The position numbers and the translations under genes were made by a program. A stretch of DNA of 63,128 nt, counting the filler, from Octopus bimaculoides (lineage: Eukaryota): assembly GCF_001194135.2 (NCBI RefSeq). It is 6 parts of 5 records of this genome, joined end to end, with 100 filler letters (N's around TTAATTAATTAA, not from the genome) between each part and the next. Parts side by side here need not be neighbours in the genome. Positions count along the whole stretch, not along the records: positions 33,183 to 37,973 come from NC_068982.1; positions 38,074 to 59,640 come from NC_069007.1; 4 more parts are not named here. One strand, given 5' to 3'. The notes under the pieces are model-generated. The model saw only the letters and a program-made list of their open reading frames with translations. It was not told where the DNA came from and made no database searches. This document shows, piece after piece, positions 37,563-49,951 of this stretch (its first letter is position 1; every line of letters starts with the position of its first letter).

Positions 37563-37938
37563 TTTCAAACACAGACGGACATAATGTTAGTCTCTGTATA
37601 TGTATACGAATGGCTGAATAGGTATTAGTTTGCGAGTTTGTGAATATGTCTCAAGCGAGATAAGTCTACAGATCTGCTGCCAAAATTTTATCCATCAATT
37701 CACTTTAAACAAAAATGAATGCCACAAATCCTATCATCTATCTTCTTAAATCTATTGCTGGTTTAGCTTTGTAAATAATATGACAAGAGATTAACAATAC
37801 TTCGAAGTTTCTCAAATCACTCCGTCTCATTTGTGAGGCTGTGCAACGAATGTTTGTGCATGTGTGTATATGTGTGTATGTGGCATATGTGAATGCTAAT
37901 CATACCATATATGTACTCTGTGTGTGTGTGGGTGTATG

Positions 37939-37973
<35 letters not shown>

Positions 37974-38073
37974 NNNNNNNNNNNNNNNNNNNNNNNNNNN
38001 NNNNNNNNNNNNNNNNNTTAATTAATTAANNNNNNNNNNNNNNNNNNNNNNNNNNNNNNNNNNNNNNNNNNNN
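37974..38073. other. Assembly linker gap N44-TTAATTAATTAA-N44
   Basis: Same 100-bp structure. Confidence 0.95.
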
Positions 38074-38147
38074 GTTTGCTACGTAAAGTTTTTAAAAGAA
38101 AGAAGATAAAGATGCAACGAGATAATCCTTGTTAAAGCACCACTAAC

Positions 38148-38292
38148 CTGACATAAAAAAGTTATGCATTTGTTCCCGGTCGATTTTCTTCGTCACAAAC
38201 AACACCTGAGCTGCTTTACGGATAATTTTTGTTAATTTGCTGAACGTTTCCCACCATGTAGCTTGGTCAGCTTCTTGTAAACGTTGGTGGCG
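38148..38292 (-). CDS. NWD2: NACHT and WD repeat domain-containing protein (NWD2/NWD1-like), coding exon 5
   Basis: ttgcag|CGC..G|gttag; RHQRLQEADQATWWETFSKLTKIIRKAAQVLFVTKKIDREQMHNFFMS. Confidence 0.88.
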
Positions 38293-38316
38293 CTGCAAGA
38301 AAATTGAAACACATAA

Positions 38317-38347
<31 letters not shown>

Positions 38348-38350
38348 TGA

Positions 38351-38383
<33 letters not shown>

Positions 38384-38482
38384 GTTATCCCTGCATATCT
38401 CATATCTACTTTTGTTCCTCCAATTCATTCTCTATGTCGTATCTCATCTAAATGAACTATTGCTTAACCATTCTCTCACATC

Positions 38483-38530
38483 GTCTCCGATGAAGGGATA
38501 TAATAAATATCCTGGAAACAGCTGTAAGAC
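38483..38530 (+). ncRNA. Variant minimal hammerhead motif (CCGAUGA core)
   Basis: GTCT-CCGATGA-A-GGGATA(taataaa)TATCCT-G-GAAAC-AGCT-GTA-AGAC. Confidence 0.55.
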
Positions 38531-38610
38531 ATTCTATTTATAAATGTTCAAAAATCTACACAGCCTTGGGGTTTTTTTAATCTCATTACGAAAAGTANNN
38601 NNNNNNNNNN

Positions 38611-38648
<38 letters not shown>

Positions 38649-38792
38649 CCAGAAGGTTTGCAAATCCAACGGAGGCCTCAAAAGATATTTTAATATCCAC
38701 AAAGAGCAGAACTTATCTGCAGGTCTTGGTGGTCCAAATCAGAGATGCAATCTATGTGGGTGTCTTTTCAGAACATTGTCTGGTTTAAAAAG

Positions 38793-40720
38793 CGTTAATT
38801 CCGACGCGAACTTCATTTTCATTTCCATGTATTGATTGGATAATCGCTTGTTTGTTTCATAGAATCAATTAATTCAAAATATTTCGTTATACCATGGTTG
38901 TTTGATTATTTATAACATTTAAATTGTTTATAGGTCCAATTTTTTCAAATGCAAGCATCGTAAATATTGTTCTCGCCTAGAATTCATTATATTACACTAT
39001 GATGTAAAAATATGGTAAACTTCTTCTATACATAGTTCACATTTATTTTCCCCTGGTCTATAAGGTTTAGCGATACTTTATCCTCCATTACGGTGTTATT
39101 ATGAGCTTCTGTTTTTTTTTCTTATAAGCAAGCCTTCCATCTCATACGGTGTATGGAAGAATTTCTTTTAGATATTAGATCCTTTATATATTCTTTCTTA
39201 GGTGGGAGTGGAACGTCCTTTAAGGATGCTTAACAGAGCATGAGTTTTGATTTGAACAATTGCAGAGATTATTGTGTCGGTAAACGGTAAAACGGTAAAC
39301 GTTTGGAGAAATCCCTAATAATTTACCAATATGAAAATTTATCGTTCTTCAACGAGCTAACAAAACGATTTACCAGAACATGGAGAAGATAAGCATTAAA
39401 GTATCCTTAAAGGATATTCCACTCCTACTTAAGAAAGAATATATAAAGGACCTAATATCTAAAAGAAATTCTTTCATACACCGTATGAGATGGAAGGCTT
39501 GCTTCTATGAAAAAACAGAGGAAGCTCATAAAAACAGAATAATGGATGATAAAGGATTGCTAAACGCCATAGATCAGGGACAAATAAATGTGAATTATGT
39601 ATAGAAGAATTTTACCAAATTTTTACATCATAGTGTAATATAATGAATCCTAGACGAGAACAATATTTACGATGCTTACATTTGAAAAAGATGGACCTAT
39701 AAACAATTTAAATGTTATAAATAATCAAACAGCCATAATATAACGAAATATTTTGAATTAATTTATTCTATGAAACAAACAAGTGATTATCCAATCAATA
39801 CATGGAAATGAAAGTAAAGTTCGCGTCGGAATTAACGTTAAACACCATTTCATTCAACGCAATATTAAAATTAACTTAAAACTCTAAGCAGTTCAATCTG
39901 AAAGGATACTACAGTGAAGACCCTGAAGAGACTACACCGGTATTATAGCAAAGTTGCAAATGCAACGGTTACTAACCGAGGCAGTGGAAACATATGTAGG
40001 CCGGTATTAAGCTGTATTTAAATCAAAATATAAATTAAAATTCATGAAATATTACTTCACCATACTCCTTATTATTTATATTAAAAATGCCAGGAAAACC
40101 TAACTGTGAGTAAAACGGTAAATGTTTGGAGAAATCCCTAATAGCTTACCAATACAAAAAATTATCGTTCTTGAACGATCTTACAAAACAATTTACCAGA
40201 ACATGGAGAAGATAAGCCTTGAAGCATCCTTAAAGGACATTCCACTCCTACTTAAGAAAGAATATATAAAGGATCTAATATCTAAAAGAAATTCTTTCAT
40301 ACACCGTATGAGATGGAAGGCTTACTTATAAGAAAAAAAAACAGAGGAGGCTCATAATAAAACCATAATGGATGATAAATTACAGCATATTTTTTAAATT
40401 AGAAAATATCCTCTGACAAACCAGCATCTAGCACTTTTCGAAGATGACCTATGGAGAATTGTTAAACACGTAAAACTTCATAAGTTCCCTAATAAAAAAA
40501 AAACCCAAAAAACAAAACAAATATATTCAAGAACTGCATCTCATACTTTGGAAAAAAAGATGGAATTCTTGTTCATGCAGATAAAAACGGGTAAATTATT
40601 ACCATTTAAACTACTCTATGTACCACTCACTTCTAAAGAAAGATTATTAAAAAAACTATTAAATACTCACGCATACTATTTTATTAAAGGCAAAAAAAAA
40701 AAAACTTTACAAGCTGTTAC
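38793..40720 (+). mobile_element. Penelope-like element derivative: inverted copy plus tandem ORF-start units
   Basis: SLKDIP..KKEYIKDLISKRNSFIHRMRWKA occurs three times (one inverted); LFEDDLW and LVHADK follow in the last unit; arms 38793-39231 and 39400-39837 are inverted. Confidence 0.75.
39919..40002 (+). ncRNA. Type I hammerhead motif in the Penelope pseudo-LTR
   Basis: GACC-CTGAAGA-G-ACTAC...GCAGT-G-GAAAC-ATAT-GTA-GGCC; palindromic stem III loop; stems I and II imperfect. Confidence 0.6.
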
Positions 40721-40825
40721 TCAGAGTTTCACGTGACCGTTCATTGAACAGTTGTGATTGTAGACAATATAAAGCGCATATATACGCATAACTGTCAGTC
40801 GGTGGGCGGAAGGAGGGTCACTTAC

Positions 40826-41029
40826 CTTATTGTTAAAGTTGGTCAGAATGGAGCTGATCGGCTGCAGAACATAAACAGGTGGGACATAATTGTCATCTCT
40901 TTTATACCACATTTCCAAAAGCTCCAGTTCGGACGCTTCTTCTTTGATGCAATCTCTTAGCATTTCGAATTCTGTGGCTAAAATTAACGTCGGTATAGGG
41001 CGGTAGCCATATTTCTGTCCGAGCAAAAC
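40826..41029 (-). CDS. NWD2: NWD2/NWD1-like coding exon 4
   Basis: tttcag|GTT..AAG|gtaag, 204 nt; VLLGQKYGYRPIP...YVLQPISSILTNFNNK. Confidence 0.92.
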
Positions 41030-42642
41030 CTGAAAGAGAAGCGCCAAAGATTCAAATGGTGATTCGCTCAGTCTAAGTTCTTGGAATTAAAACCAGTTGA
41101 ATGGTTTAAGCGCAGGATAAAAGTTCTTGTGGAAATTAAACAGAGCTCTTTATGTTCCGAGTTCAAACCTCACCGAGATTGATTGTGCCTTTGATGCTGC
41201 CTGGTCGAAAAAAATACAATCAAGTTCTGGTTCGATTTTTACCACAAAGCAACGCCCGCGCCTAATATGCATAATTTTTCTTAAATATGTTAACATGCTT
41301 AATAGATAGATAACTAATTGTCGTGACGTAGAATTTCTGTTCTTATAATAATTCTGCTTGTCATTACGTTACTTAGCCCGTCGGTAATACTTTCACGTGA
41401 ATTGAGATAAAGAGGGAGAAAGAAAAGAGGGAGAGAAAAGAGAGGCCGAGAGAAGCATCCATGACGTGAAATAGAGGGAGCGTAATTGTAACGCTTTCAC
41501 GTGATTAATTGGAGGGAAAGAGAGAGAGCAAGAGAAAGAAAAAGGAGAGAGAAGAAGAGGATAAAGCAGAGAGCGATGCAGAAAAAGAGAAAAAGAAAAA
41601 GGAGAGAGAAAAAGTGAAGAGAGAAGCGTCCATGACATGTGGTAGGAGGAACGTAATATTCATTACGTGATTAAAAAAGTTAGTTGAAGGCGGTAATGTA
41701 GAGGAGAGTTAGGAATATAATTTTAGCAGAGGGGTGATGTTCTGATGGTGAGATTAAAGAAAGGAAGGGTGAGAGAAAGAGAGATGGAAGAATAAAAGTG
41801 AATATTTATTTTACGAGTGCTGTGTATTAAGTTTAGAAAATTGTGCATAAAATATATAAAGTGTATATATAAAGTACATTAAGTAATCATCGCATTCCAA
41901 TTTCTTTCACTTTTCAATGAACAGCAGATGAGCGACACAGGCTATACTTCAGGCTTTTTGGATAAAGTTTTCAGGAACAACTCAATAGGTTTACTATTAA
42001 TTCCGTGAAATATCCACGGGTCCCGCTTGTGTTTCTAATTCTTCTCACGTAGAATTCCTATGTTATCTTTTTATTCTTTCGTTATCTACTGACGTCATTA
42101 ACAGTTAAATACTAAACTGGTTTTTCTTAGAATATTATATTTCTTCTGAACGTTCTTTTTGCATGCATTCGTCTATTAGAGATATTCACTTAGTTCATTT
42201 TGAATTTAACCTATTTTCGATTGCCTTTATAACCTTGTTAACGTATTTTCAGTTATATTAATTTGACCGATATTTTCTGTATGTGAATATGCTGAGACGA
42301 CGAAAACGATCGTCAGTATTGTATGCTGTAGTGTGATTTTCTCCATTCTTATTTTTGCTATTTATACTCCAAATTTCTTGAAATTCTTCCAAGCGATATG
42401 TAAATTTACTTGTCATACAGGAAGAATTAACTTAGATGTGTATTCTACATGCATTTATTGGTGTAACTTTAAAGACTGTAGTTGTTTTCATTTGGTAGTT
42501 TACTTTGTACCTTCTCGCATTGTACCGGCTTACACGACTGCATTAATGTGTGTGTGTGTGTGTGTGTGCGTGCGTATATATATATATATATATACATATG
42601 CATACATATACACACATATGTGTATGTATATTATATATGTGT

Positions 42643-42977
42643 GAGGCGCAATGGCTCAGTCGTTACGGCAGCGGACTCGCGGTNNNNNNNNNNNNNNNNC
42701 CTAAAGCTCCACGAGGCTCTGGCAGAGGGTGGTGGCGAACCCTGCTGTACTCTTTCACCACAACTTTCTCTCACTCTTACTTCCTGTTTCTGTTGTGCCT
42801 GTAATTCAAAGGGTCAGCCTTGTCACACTGTGTCATGCTGAATCTCCCTGAGAACTACGTTAAGGGTTCGCGTGTCTGTGGAGTGCTCAGCCACTTGCAC
42901 GCTAATTTCACGAGCAGGCTGTCCCATTGATAGGATCAACTGGAACCCTCGTCGTCGTAGCCGACGGAGAGCCACAA
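42643..42977 (+). mobile_element. tRNA-SINE family C
   Basis: gaggcgcaatggctcagt head; body matches 49952-50337 in reverse. Confidence 0.85.
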
Positions 42978-44109
42978 TTACATATGTAGGGGTGTGGTGT
43001 CAGATCTAATTACATAAGCATCTTTGAATTGGAAAATCTCGCTCAAATTACATCCAATTGTCAAGAATAAACATGCGCACATTTGATGACATAGTCCTAG
43101 ATGCGCAACCCCCAAGTATGAGGAATAGGTTGGGCTGGTCGAGGATGGAACGTCTTAAATTGTGTCCCACTAATCTACAGACACATATTTTACTTTGTTA
43201 CATACTTCTGGTCATTTCTTGTATGTCTTGCATAATTCTTTTCATCTATTCATCAATTCGTNNNNNNNNNNNNNNNNNNNNNNNNNNNNNNNNNNNNNNN
43301 NNNNNNNNNNNNNNNNNNNNNNNNNNNNNNNNNNNNNNNNNNNNNNNNNNNNNNNNNNNNNNNNNNNNNNNNNNNNNNNNNNNNNNNNNNNNNNNNNNNN
43401 NNNNNNNNNNNNNNNNNNNNNNNNNNNNNNNNNNNNNNNNNNNNNNNNNNNNNNNNNNNNNNNNNNNNNNNNNNNNNNNNNNNNNNNNNNNNNNNNNNNN
43501 NNNNNNNNNNNNNNNNNNNNNNNNNNNNNNNNNNNNNNNNNNNNNNNNNNNNNNNNNNNNNNNNNNNNNNNNNNNNNNNNNNNNNNNNNNNNNNNNNNNN
43601 NNNNNNNNNNNNNNNNNNNNNNNNNNNNNNNNNNNNNNNNNNNNNNNNNNNNNNNNNNNNNNNNNNNNNNNNNNNNNNNNNNNNNNNNNNNNNNNNNNNN
43701 NNNNNNNNNNNNNNNNNNNNNNNNNNNNNNNNNNNNNNNNNNNNNNNNNNNNNNNNNNNNNNNNNNNNNNNNNNNNNNNNNNNNNNNNNNNNNNNNNNNN
43801 NNNNNNNNNNNNNNNNNNNNNNNNNNNNNNNNNNNNNNNNNNNNNNNNNNNNNNNNNNNNNNNNNNNNNNNNNNNNNNNNNNNNNNNNNNNNNNNNNNNN
43901 NNNNNNNNNNNNNNNNNNNNNNNNNNNNNNNNNNNNNNNNNNNNNNNNNNNNNNNNNNNNNNNNNNNNNNNNNNNNNNNNNNNNNNNNNNNNNNNNNNNN
44001 NNNNNNNNNNNNNNNNNNNNNNNNNNNNNNNNNNNNNNNNNNNNNNNNNNNNNNNNNNNNNNNNNNNNNNNNNNNNNNNNNNNNNNNNNNNNNNNNNNNN
44101 NNNNNNNNN

Positions 44110-44140
<31 letters not shown>

Positions 44141-44739
44141 CACATATGCATATATGCATACATATATAAGTATACATATACATGCAAATATAAGTATATG
44201 TATGTATGTATGTATTTACACACGCGCACACAGTCATATACATGCGCCATTTGTTGAAGATTTATTATCCAATGTATATACAAACATATATAGAAACATA
44301 TATGCAGTTATACATTCTAACTGTTCCTTCTATCTTTTCAAATACATTATTTCGGAGATATTTCGCCTTTGATTTCATCTTTTATTTAATCTTTTCATGT
44401 TTAGCTTCTGGAAATCTGTCTCAATTTCCTGTCTCTGACCAGCTGAATCTGTCTTTGATAATATTTACCAATGTCGCGTTGATCCATTTATCCAAGGATC
44501 AGAATAATCGAGTAACGTGCTTCGAAAGCCATCAATATCCACTCAGCTGTTTGTCTGTCTCTTTCTCTTGTTCAATTCTGTAATTGTGAGAATACTCTTC
44601 ATTTCCATTTTCTCTCTCGATCTCTGCCAAACTGGGTTTAACTTTAATCATGTGTCATCAGTCATCTATCAATATACGCATGTATATTGATTAGATCTAT
44701 GGCGCTGCTGGTGTTGTGGTTGTTGATGCTGTTGGTGTC

Positions 44740-44857
44740 TTCTTCTTCTTCTTCTTCTTCTTCTTCTTCTTCTTCTTCTTCTTCTTCTTCTTCTTCTTCT
44801 TCTTCTTCTTCTTCTTCTTCTTCTTCTTCTTCTTCTTCTTCTTCTTCTTCTTCTTCT
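44740..44857. repeat. (TCT)n microsatellite, about 39 units
   Basis: Direct reading. Confidence 0.95.
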
Positions 44858-45014
44858 ATATTACACATAATACATGTATTATACAATATATTATATATAC
44901 TATATAATACACGTGTATGGGCGTACGTACGTATGCATGCATGTATATATGACGTATGTATGAATATACGTATGTGTGTATGTATATGTATATACATGTT
45001 TACATATATATGTT

Positions 45015-45051
<37 letters not shown>

Positions 45052-45806
45052 ATATGGGAGAATATACGAAAAAACAACAACAGACGAGGACAGGTGGTGT
45101 AAATAANNNNNNNNNNNNNNNNNNNNNNNNNNNNNNNNNNNNNNNNNNNNNNNNNNNNNNNNNNNNNNNNNNNNNNNNNNNNNNNNNNNNNNNNNNNNNN
45201 NNNNNNNNNNNNNNNNNNNNNNNNNNNNNNNNNNNNNNNNNNNNNNNNNNNNNNNNNNNNNNNNNNNNNNNNNNNNNNNNNNNNNNNNNNNNNNNNNNNN
45301 NNNNNNNNNNNNNNNNNNNNNNNNNNNNNNNNNNNNNNNNNNNNNNNNNNNNNNNNNNNNNNNNNNNNNNNNNNNNNNNNNNNNNNNNNNNNNNNNNNNN
45401 NNNNNNNNNNNNNNNNNNNNNNNNNNNNNNNNNNNNNNNNNNNNNNNNNNNNNNNNNNNNNNNNNNNNNNNNNNNNNNNNNNNNNNNNNNNNNNNNNNNN
45501 NNNNNNNNNNNNNNNNNNNNNNNNNNNNNNNNNNNNNNNNNNNNNNNNNNNNNNNNNNNNNNNNNNNNNNNNNNNNNNNNNNNNNNNNNNNNNNNNNNNN
45601 NNNNNNNNNNNNNNNNNNNNNNNNNNNNNNNNNNNNNNNNNNNNNNNNNNNNNNNNNNNNNNNNNNNNNNNNNNNNNNNNNNNNNNNNNNNNNNNNNNNN
45701 NNNNNNNNNNNNNNNNNNNNNNNNNNNNNNNNNNNNNNNNNNNNNNNNNNNNNNNNNNNNNNNNNNNNNNNNNNNNNNNNNNNNNNNNNNNNNNNNNNNN
45801 NNTAGT

Positions 45807-45930
45807 AAAATAAGCAAAAGATCAAAACAAGCAAAAGATCAAAATAAGCAAAAGATCAAAATAAGCAAAAGATCAAAATAAGCAAAAGATCAAAATAAGC
45901 AAAAGATCAAAATAAGCAAAAGATCAAAAC
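45807..45930. repeat. 18-bp tandem repeat (aaaataagcaaaagatca), about 7 visible units abutting a gap
   Basis: Direct reading. Confidence 0.9.
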
Positions 45931-46876
45931 AGAACTTCGAAACGCACGAAAGAAAAACAACGGAAAAGAAAAAAACAATGGCTAAAATAGTCCAAGGTCA
46001 GCTGGTTGTAAAGAAGCTGACCAGAGAGGAAGTAAGTCACAATGAAAAGTAACATTGACCCAAAGGTTTGGGACAAACAACGGAAATGGAAGTTTTGATT
46101 TTGACTGCACGCGGCGTACACACACGAAACAAAAAATCTGTATTAGAAATTATTAAAAATAAAAGCAACAGGTTAAGCGTAGACTAATGTAATCAGGACG
46201 AAAAGACAAGTGACAGCATCGCTTTTGGCTTTGTAAAGACGTATTATATTCATGAAGTAGCTGGTAGCTGGGATTATTGGGCAACATGCCGACATTTGGT
46301 GATAAAAACGGAGAGGGAATGGTGTGTGTATGTACTACATATGGTGTATGTATACATACATACACACACACATACGCTCGTATGCGTACACACGCGCACA
46401 CAGACAGACAAACAGAAGACACACACACACACACACATATATATGTACCACAAATTATATGTAACGGCTGTACGTACCACATATAGTACAGGATAAAGAC
46501 ACGAGTACGATTATGTTCAAACGTTGCTTTTTACATAATTTATTATATTAAATGTGAAACTATTGAAAGTGTAGCCATGTAAGAGTGAGACTATTATCTC
46601 ACATTACAATAGCGATGTTATTGTTTCACTTTTGACACGTAATACCGAAACAGTCCAAGATATTGCTCCGGGCTCGCATTAGGCAAGAAATTAAATTTTT
46701 TGTTTGGCCCATGACACTCCATGGACCCTAAGTAATGCATGTGTAAAACATGAAGGAAATCTGTTGGGTAGTTCTCGAGTTTTAGTGATGCACACATACA
46801 GACACCACAGACAGTCAGACAAAAACATTCTCAGGTTTATATATATAGACAGTGTTTTAAATATCTGTCTCTATCA

Positions 46877-46928
<52 letters not shown>

Positions 46929-46965
46929 AACATTCTCTATCTCTATAATAAACACTTTCGAAGTC

Positions 46966-46995
<30 letters not shown>

Positions 46996-46996
<1 letters not shown>

Positions 46997-47078
46997 CATT
47001 ATTTACATTATTTACATTTGACGGATATTTGTCCTCATCTTGTTGGTTGTTAACACAACGCTTCGGCTGATATACCCT
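46996..47078 (-). mobile_element. Truncated single arm of the 15508-15830 family; hammerhead incomplete
   Basis: Same tail sequence; GAAAC changed to GAAGC and sequence stops in the stem II loop. Confidence 0.8.
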
Positions 47079-47172
47079 ACCAATGTATACAGTATGTTTC
47101 TCTGTCCTAGGTGTCAGGAAGACACACGACAAAGTATGGAAACAGAATTGTAAGAAGATGCTAATGAAAATG

Positions 47173-47237
<65 letters not shown>

Positions 47238-47242
47238 CTCAC

Positions 47243-47359
47243 CACAAAGTTCGGCCCCATCGACAGACGCTGGCAGTTGTCAATTTCCTGCATACACAAC
47301 TGGGTGGTCATGTGGTCATCGGTGGCTTCATCACGGACTCCCCATCTCATGTCGACAAC
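47243..47359 (-). CDS. NWD2: NWD2/NWD1-like coding exon 3 (DUF4062-type region)
   Basis: ccacag|GTT..GTG|gtgag, 117 nt; VVDMRWGVRDEATDDHMTTQLCMQEIDNCQRLSMGPNFV. Confidence 0.93.
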
Positions 47360-47711
47360 CTGTGGGAGAAGGATTGGGGTAGGAGGGTATAAATTTATAT
47401 ACTTATTTAAGCGGAGCAAGAGAGGCGGTGGATCCTGGGACTTCCCAAGCCTCAGGGAGACCAATGAAATCCAAACCTCAGTGAATCTTTCTGATGAAGG
47501 CACATCCTATGTATGTATGAATGAATGAACTCTGTATACGTCTACATGGGAGCTACAACATTTGCTAAAAACAACAGCCAAATCACTTTATATTACATCC
47601 TGCAATCACGCACGTATTTACATATTTACATTAAGCTACCAGGCGGCTCCCGGCTTAAGGTGTTGTTGTTTTTGTTTTTATTGTTTTCAACCAGGTTTTT
47701 GTTGTTTGAGC

Positions 47712-47877
47712 AGGAGTGGCTGTGTAGTAAGTAGCTTGCTTACCAACCACATGGATCCGGGTTCAGTCCCACTGCGTGACACTTTGTGCAAGTGTCTTCT
47801 ACTATAGCCTCGGGCCGACCAAAGCCTTGTGGGTGGATTTGGTAGACGGAAACTGAAAGAAGCCTGTCGTATATATG

Positions 47878-47913
<36 letters not shown>

Positions 47914-48158
47914 CATATATATATATATATGTATGTGTGTGTATATGTTTGTGTGCCTGTGTTTGTCCCCCCAACATCACTTGACAACCGATGCTGGTGT
48001 GTTTGCGTCCCCGTAACTTAGCGGTTCGGCAAAAAGAGACCGATAGAATAAGTACTAGGCTTACAAAGAATAAGTCCTGGAGTCGATTTGCTCGACTAAA
48101 GGCGGTGCTCCAGCATGGCCGCAGTCAAATCAATGAAACAAATAAAAGAGTAAAAGAG
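47712..48158 (+). mobile_element. Full-length CORE-type tRNA-SINE family A with internal (AT)n/(GT)n
   Basis: tRNA-like head, CORE-like ttgtgcaagtgtctt, internal microsatellite, 3' tail aataaaagagtaaaagag. Confidence 0.85.
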
Positions 48159-48978
48159 TATTCGATGAAAGCCATCCCAACGATGACCATCCCACCTTCT
48201 CCATGGCTACAGGGAACTCAACATTTCCTTATCCAACACGTACTTTTTAAAGGGATAATTTGACTGCTATTTCCTGCAGGTCAAATGACCAGGCTGACGC
48301 TCCGGTGTGAAATATGATGTTTGCAGTGGTGTGTGGTATAGGTGATAGTACGATAGTGTTAGTATTGTGGTATTAGTGGTAGTGCTGGTAGTGGCGGCGG
48401 TGCATATGGTGGGTATAGTATTGGATGTAGTATGGCGCTGAAGGGGAACATGAGGGTGATGCTTGTGATGTAGTATAAGAGATAGTGTAGGTAATGATGT
48501 TGGTGTTGGTGGTGATGGTGGTGGTGGTGGTGTTTTTTCTGTTGTGGTATTGCTATAGTAGCGGAATTTCCTTTCAGTCTGTTGAACACGGATTGGTCGA
48601 TGACGAAGCCATTAGAGATGAGGGGCATGGACCGTGGTTGGTAGGTTTAATGGGGTGTGACGGACTGAGAGAACAGGGATCGATATCATGCGACGCTAGT
48701 AATACAATACATACATACATATATATATATATAGTAATTCGACAACCACATTTTAAATTGCACACAACCACCACCACCACCACAAACACCACCACCACCA
48801 CAAACACCACCACCACCACCATCATGATACGACTCACCTTCCACCCCACCTACCGCCCCTACTCTAGTTAATTGCAGCAGCAGTGATTGAGCACCTTATT
48901 GGCAATCGATTACACTAATTAAACACTTAAAGATTTGTACCATTTGTGCAGGTAGCAGCAGTGTATGTATATATGTGT

Positions 48979-49020
<42 letters not shown>

Positions 49021-49224
49021 ATTTATATATATGGATATATCTGCACATACATACACGTATAGACACAAATACCCACACACAGAAACTGGTGTGCGCATAC
49101 ACACGCTTTCTATTTCACGAAGAGAAATAAAATGTCTTGCTCAAGGACACAACACGCGGCTGGGAATTGAACTCACGACCTTACGACCGAATACCCCTAA
49201 CCATCAAGCCACGCCCCTTCACCA

Positions 49225-49508
49225 TTCTATCAAATGTAATGCTTATTTATTTACATTGTTTGAAATTGATCACGCATTATCTCTCATCTTTGAGATTTCG
49301 ATGATGTGATTATGGGCTGTTTAAATCCACATCCGGGCCAAATAGTCTTCTTGTTTTACGTTCAAACCGACTAGATCCGGCCTCTCACACCGACCCAACA
49401 ATATCATTCTGAAAATAAGCAATCACATGATCGAAATCTCGAAGATGAGAGTTAATTTATGATCAATTCAAAACAATTTGAATAAATAAGCATCACATTT
49501 GATAGAAA
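49225..49508. mobile_element. Fold-back MITE with ~85-bp arms, related to the 28528-28750 element
   Basis: ttctatcaaatgtaatgcttattt...gagatttcgat mirrored by atcgaaatctc...aaataagcatcacatttgatagaa. Confidence 0.75.
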
Positions 49509-49634
49509 TCTTTGCGTCTTCGACTTTTTTTATCCAAAGAGTTTTCTAAAACCAATGTTTATATACTATCATTTATAGCTTTATCTGCTTCGAGTTTCAC
49601 CGTCCCAAATCCCCCAAAGTATTATTTTATTTAC

Positions 49635-49723
49635 CTGGAATTCAAGTCCGTATCTTTCACGACAGAAGTCTTTGATTTTCGGATAAATTCTTTCCATCAA
49701 TGCATTTCTCTCCACTGTGGTGT
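49635..49723 (-). CDS. NWD2: NWD2/NWD1-like coding exon 2
   Basis: tttcag|AC..CAG|gtaaat, 89 nt; (D)TTVERNALMERIYPKIKDFCRERYGLEFQ. Not in the ORF track; phases join exons 1 and 3. Confidence 0.92.
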
Positions 49724-49951
49724 CTGAAATAAAGCATAGTCAATGTTAGTCTCCACATTCTGTGTTCAAACCCCACTAAAACCAACTTTGTCTTTCAGCC
49801 TTTCGGGATCAATGAAATAAAGGACCAGTCAAGTCCTGTGGGTCAAGGCAACCAACGTATTCCTTGCCCTGAAAGTGATGGCCTTGGGCCAAAATAGGTC
49901 AGAGACTGTTGCAAAAATGGTTACGGTGAGTGGACCTTCTCTAAGAATGCT

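Noticed and set aside
47490-47520. CTGATGA motif
   Set aside because: No downstream GAAA or stem II.
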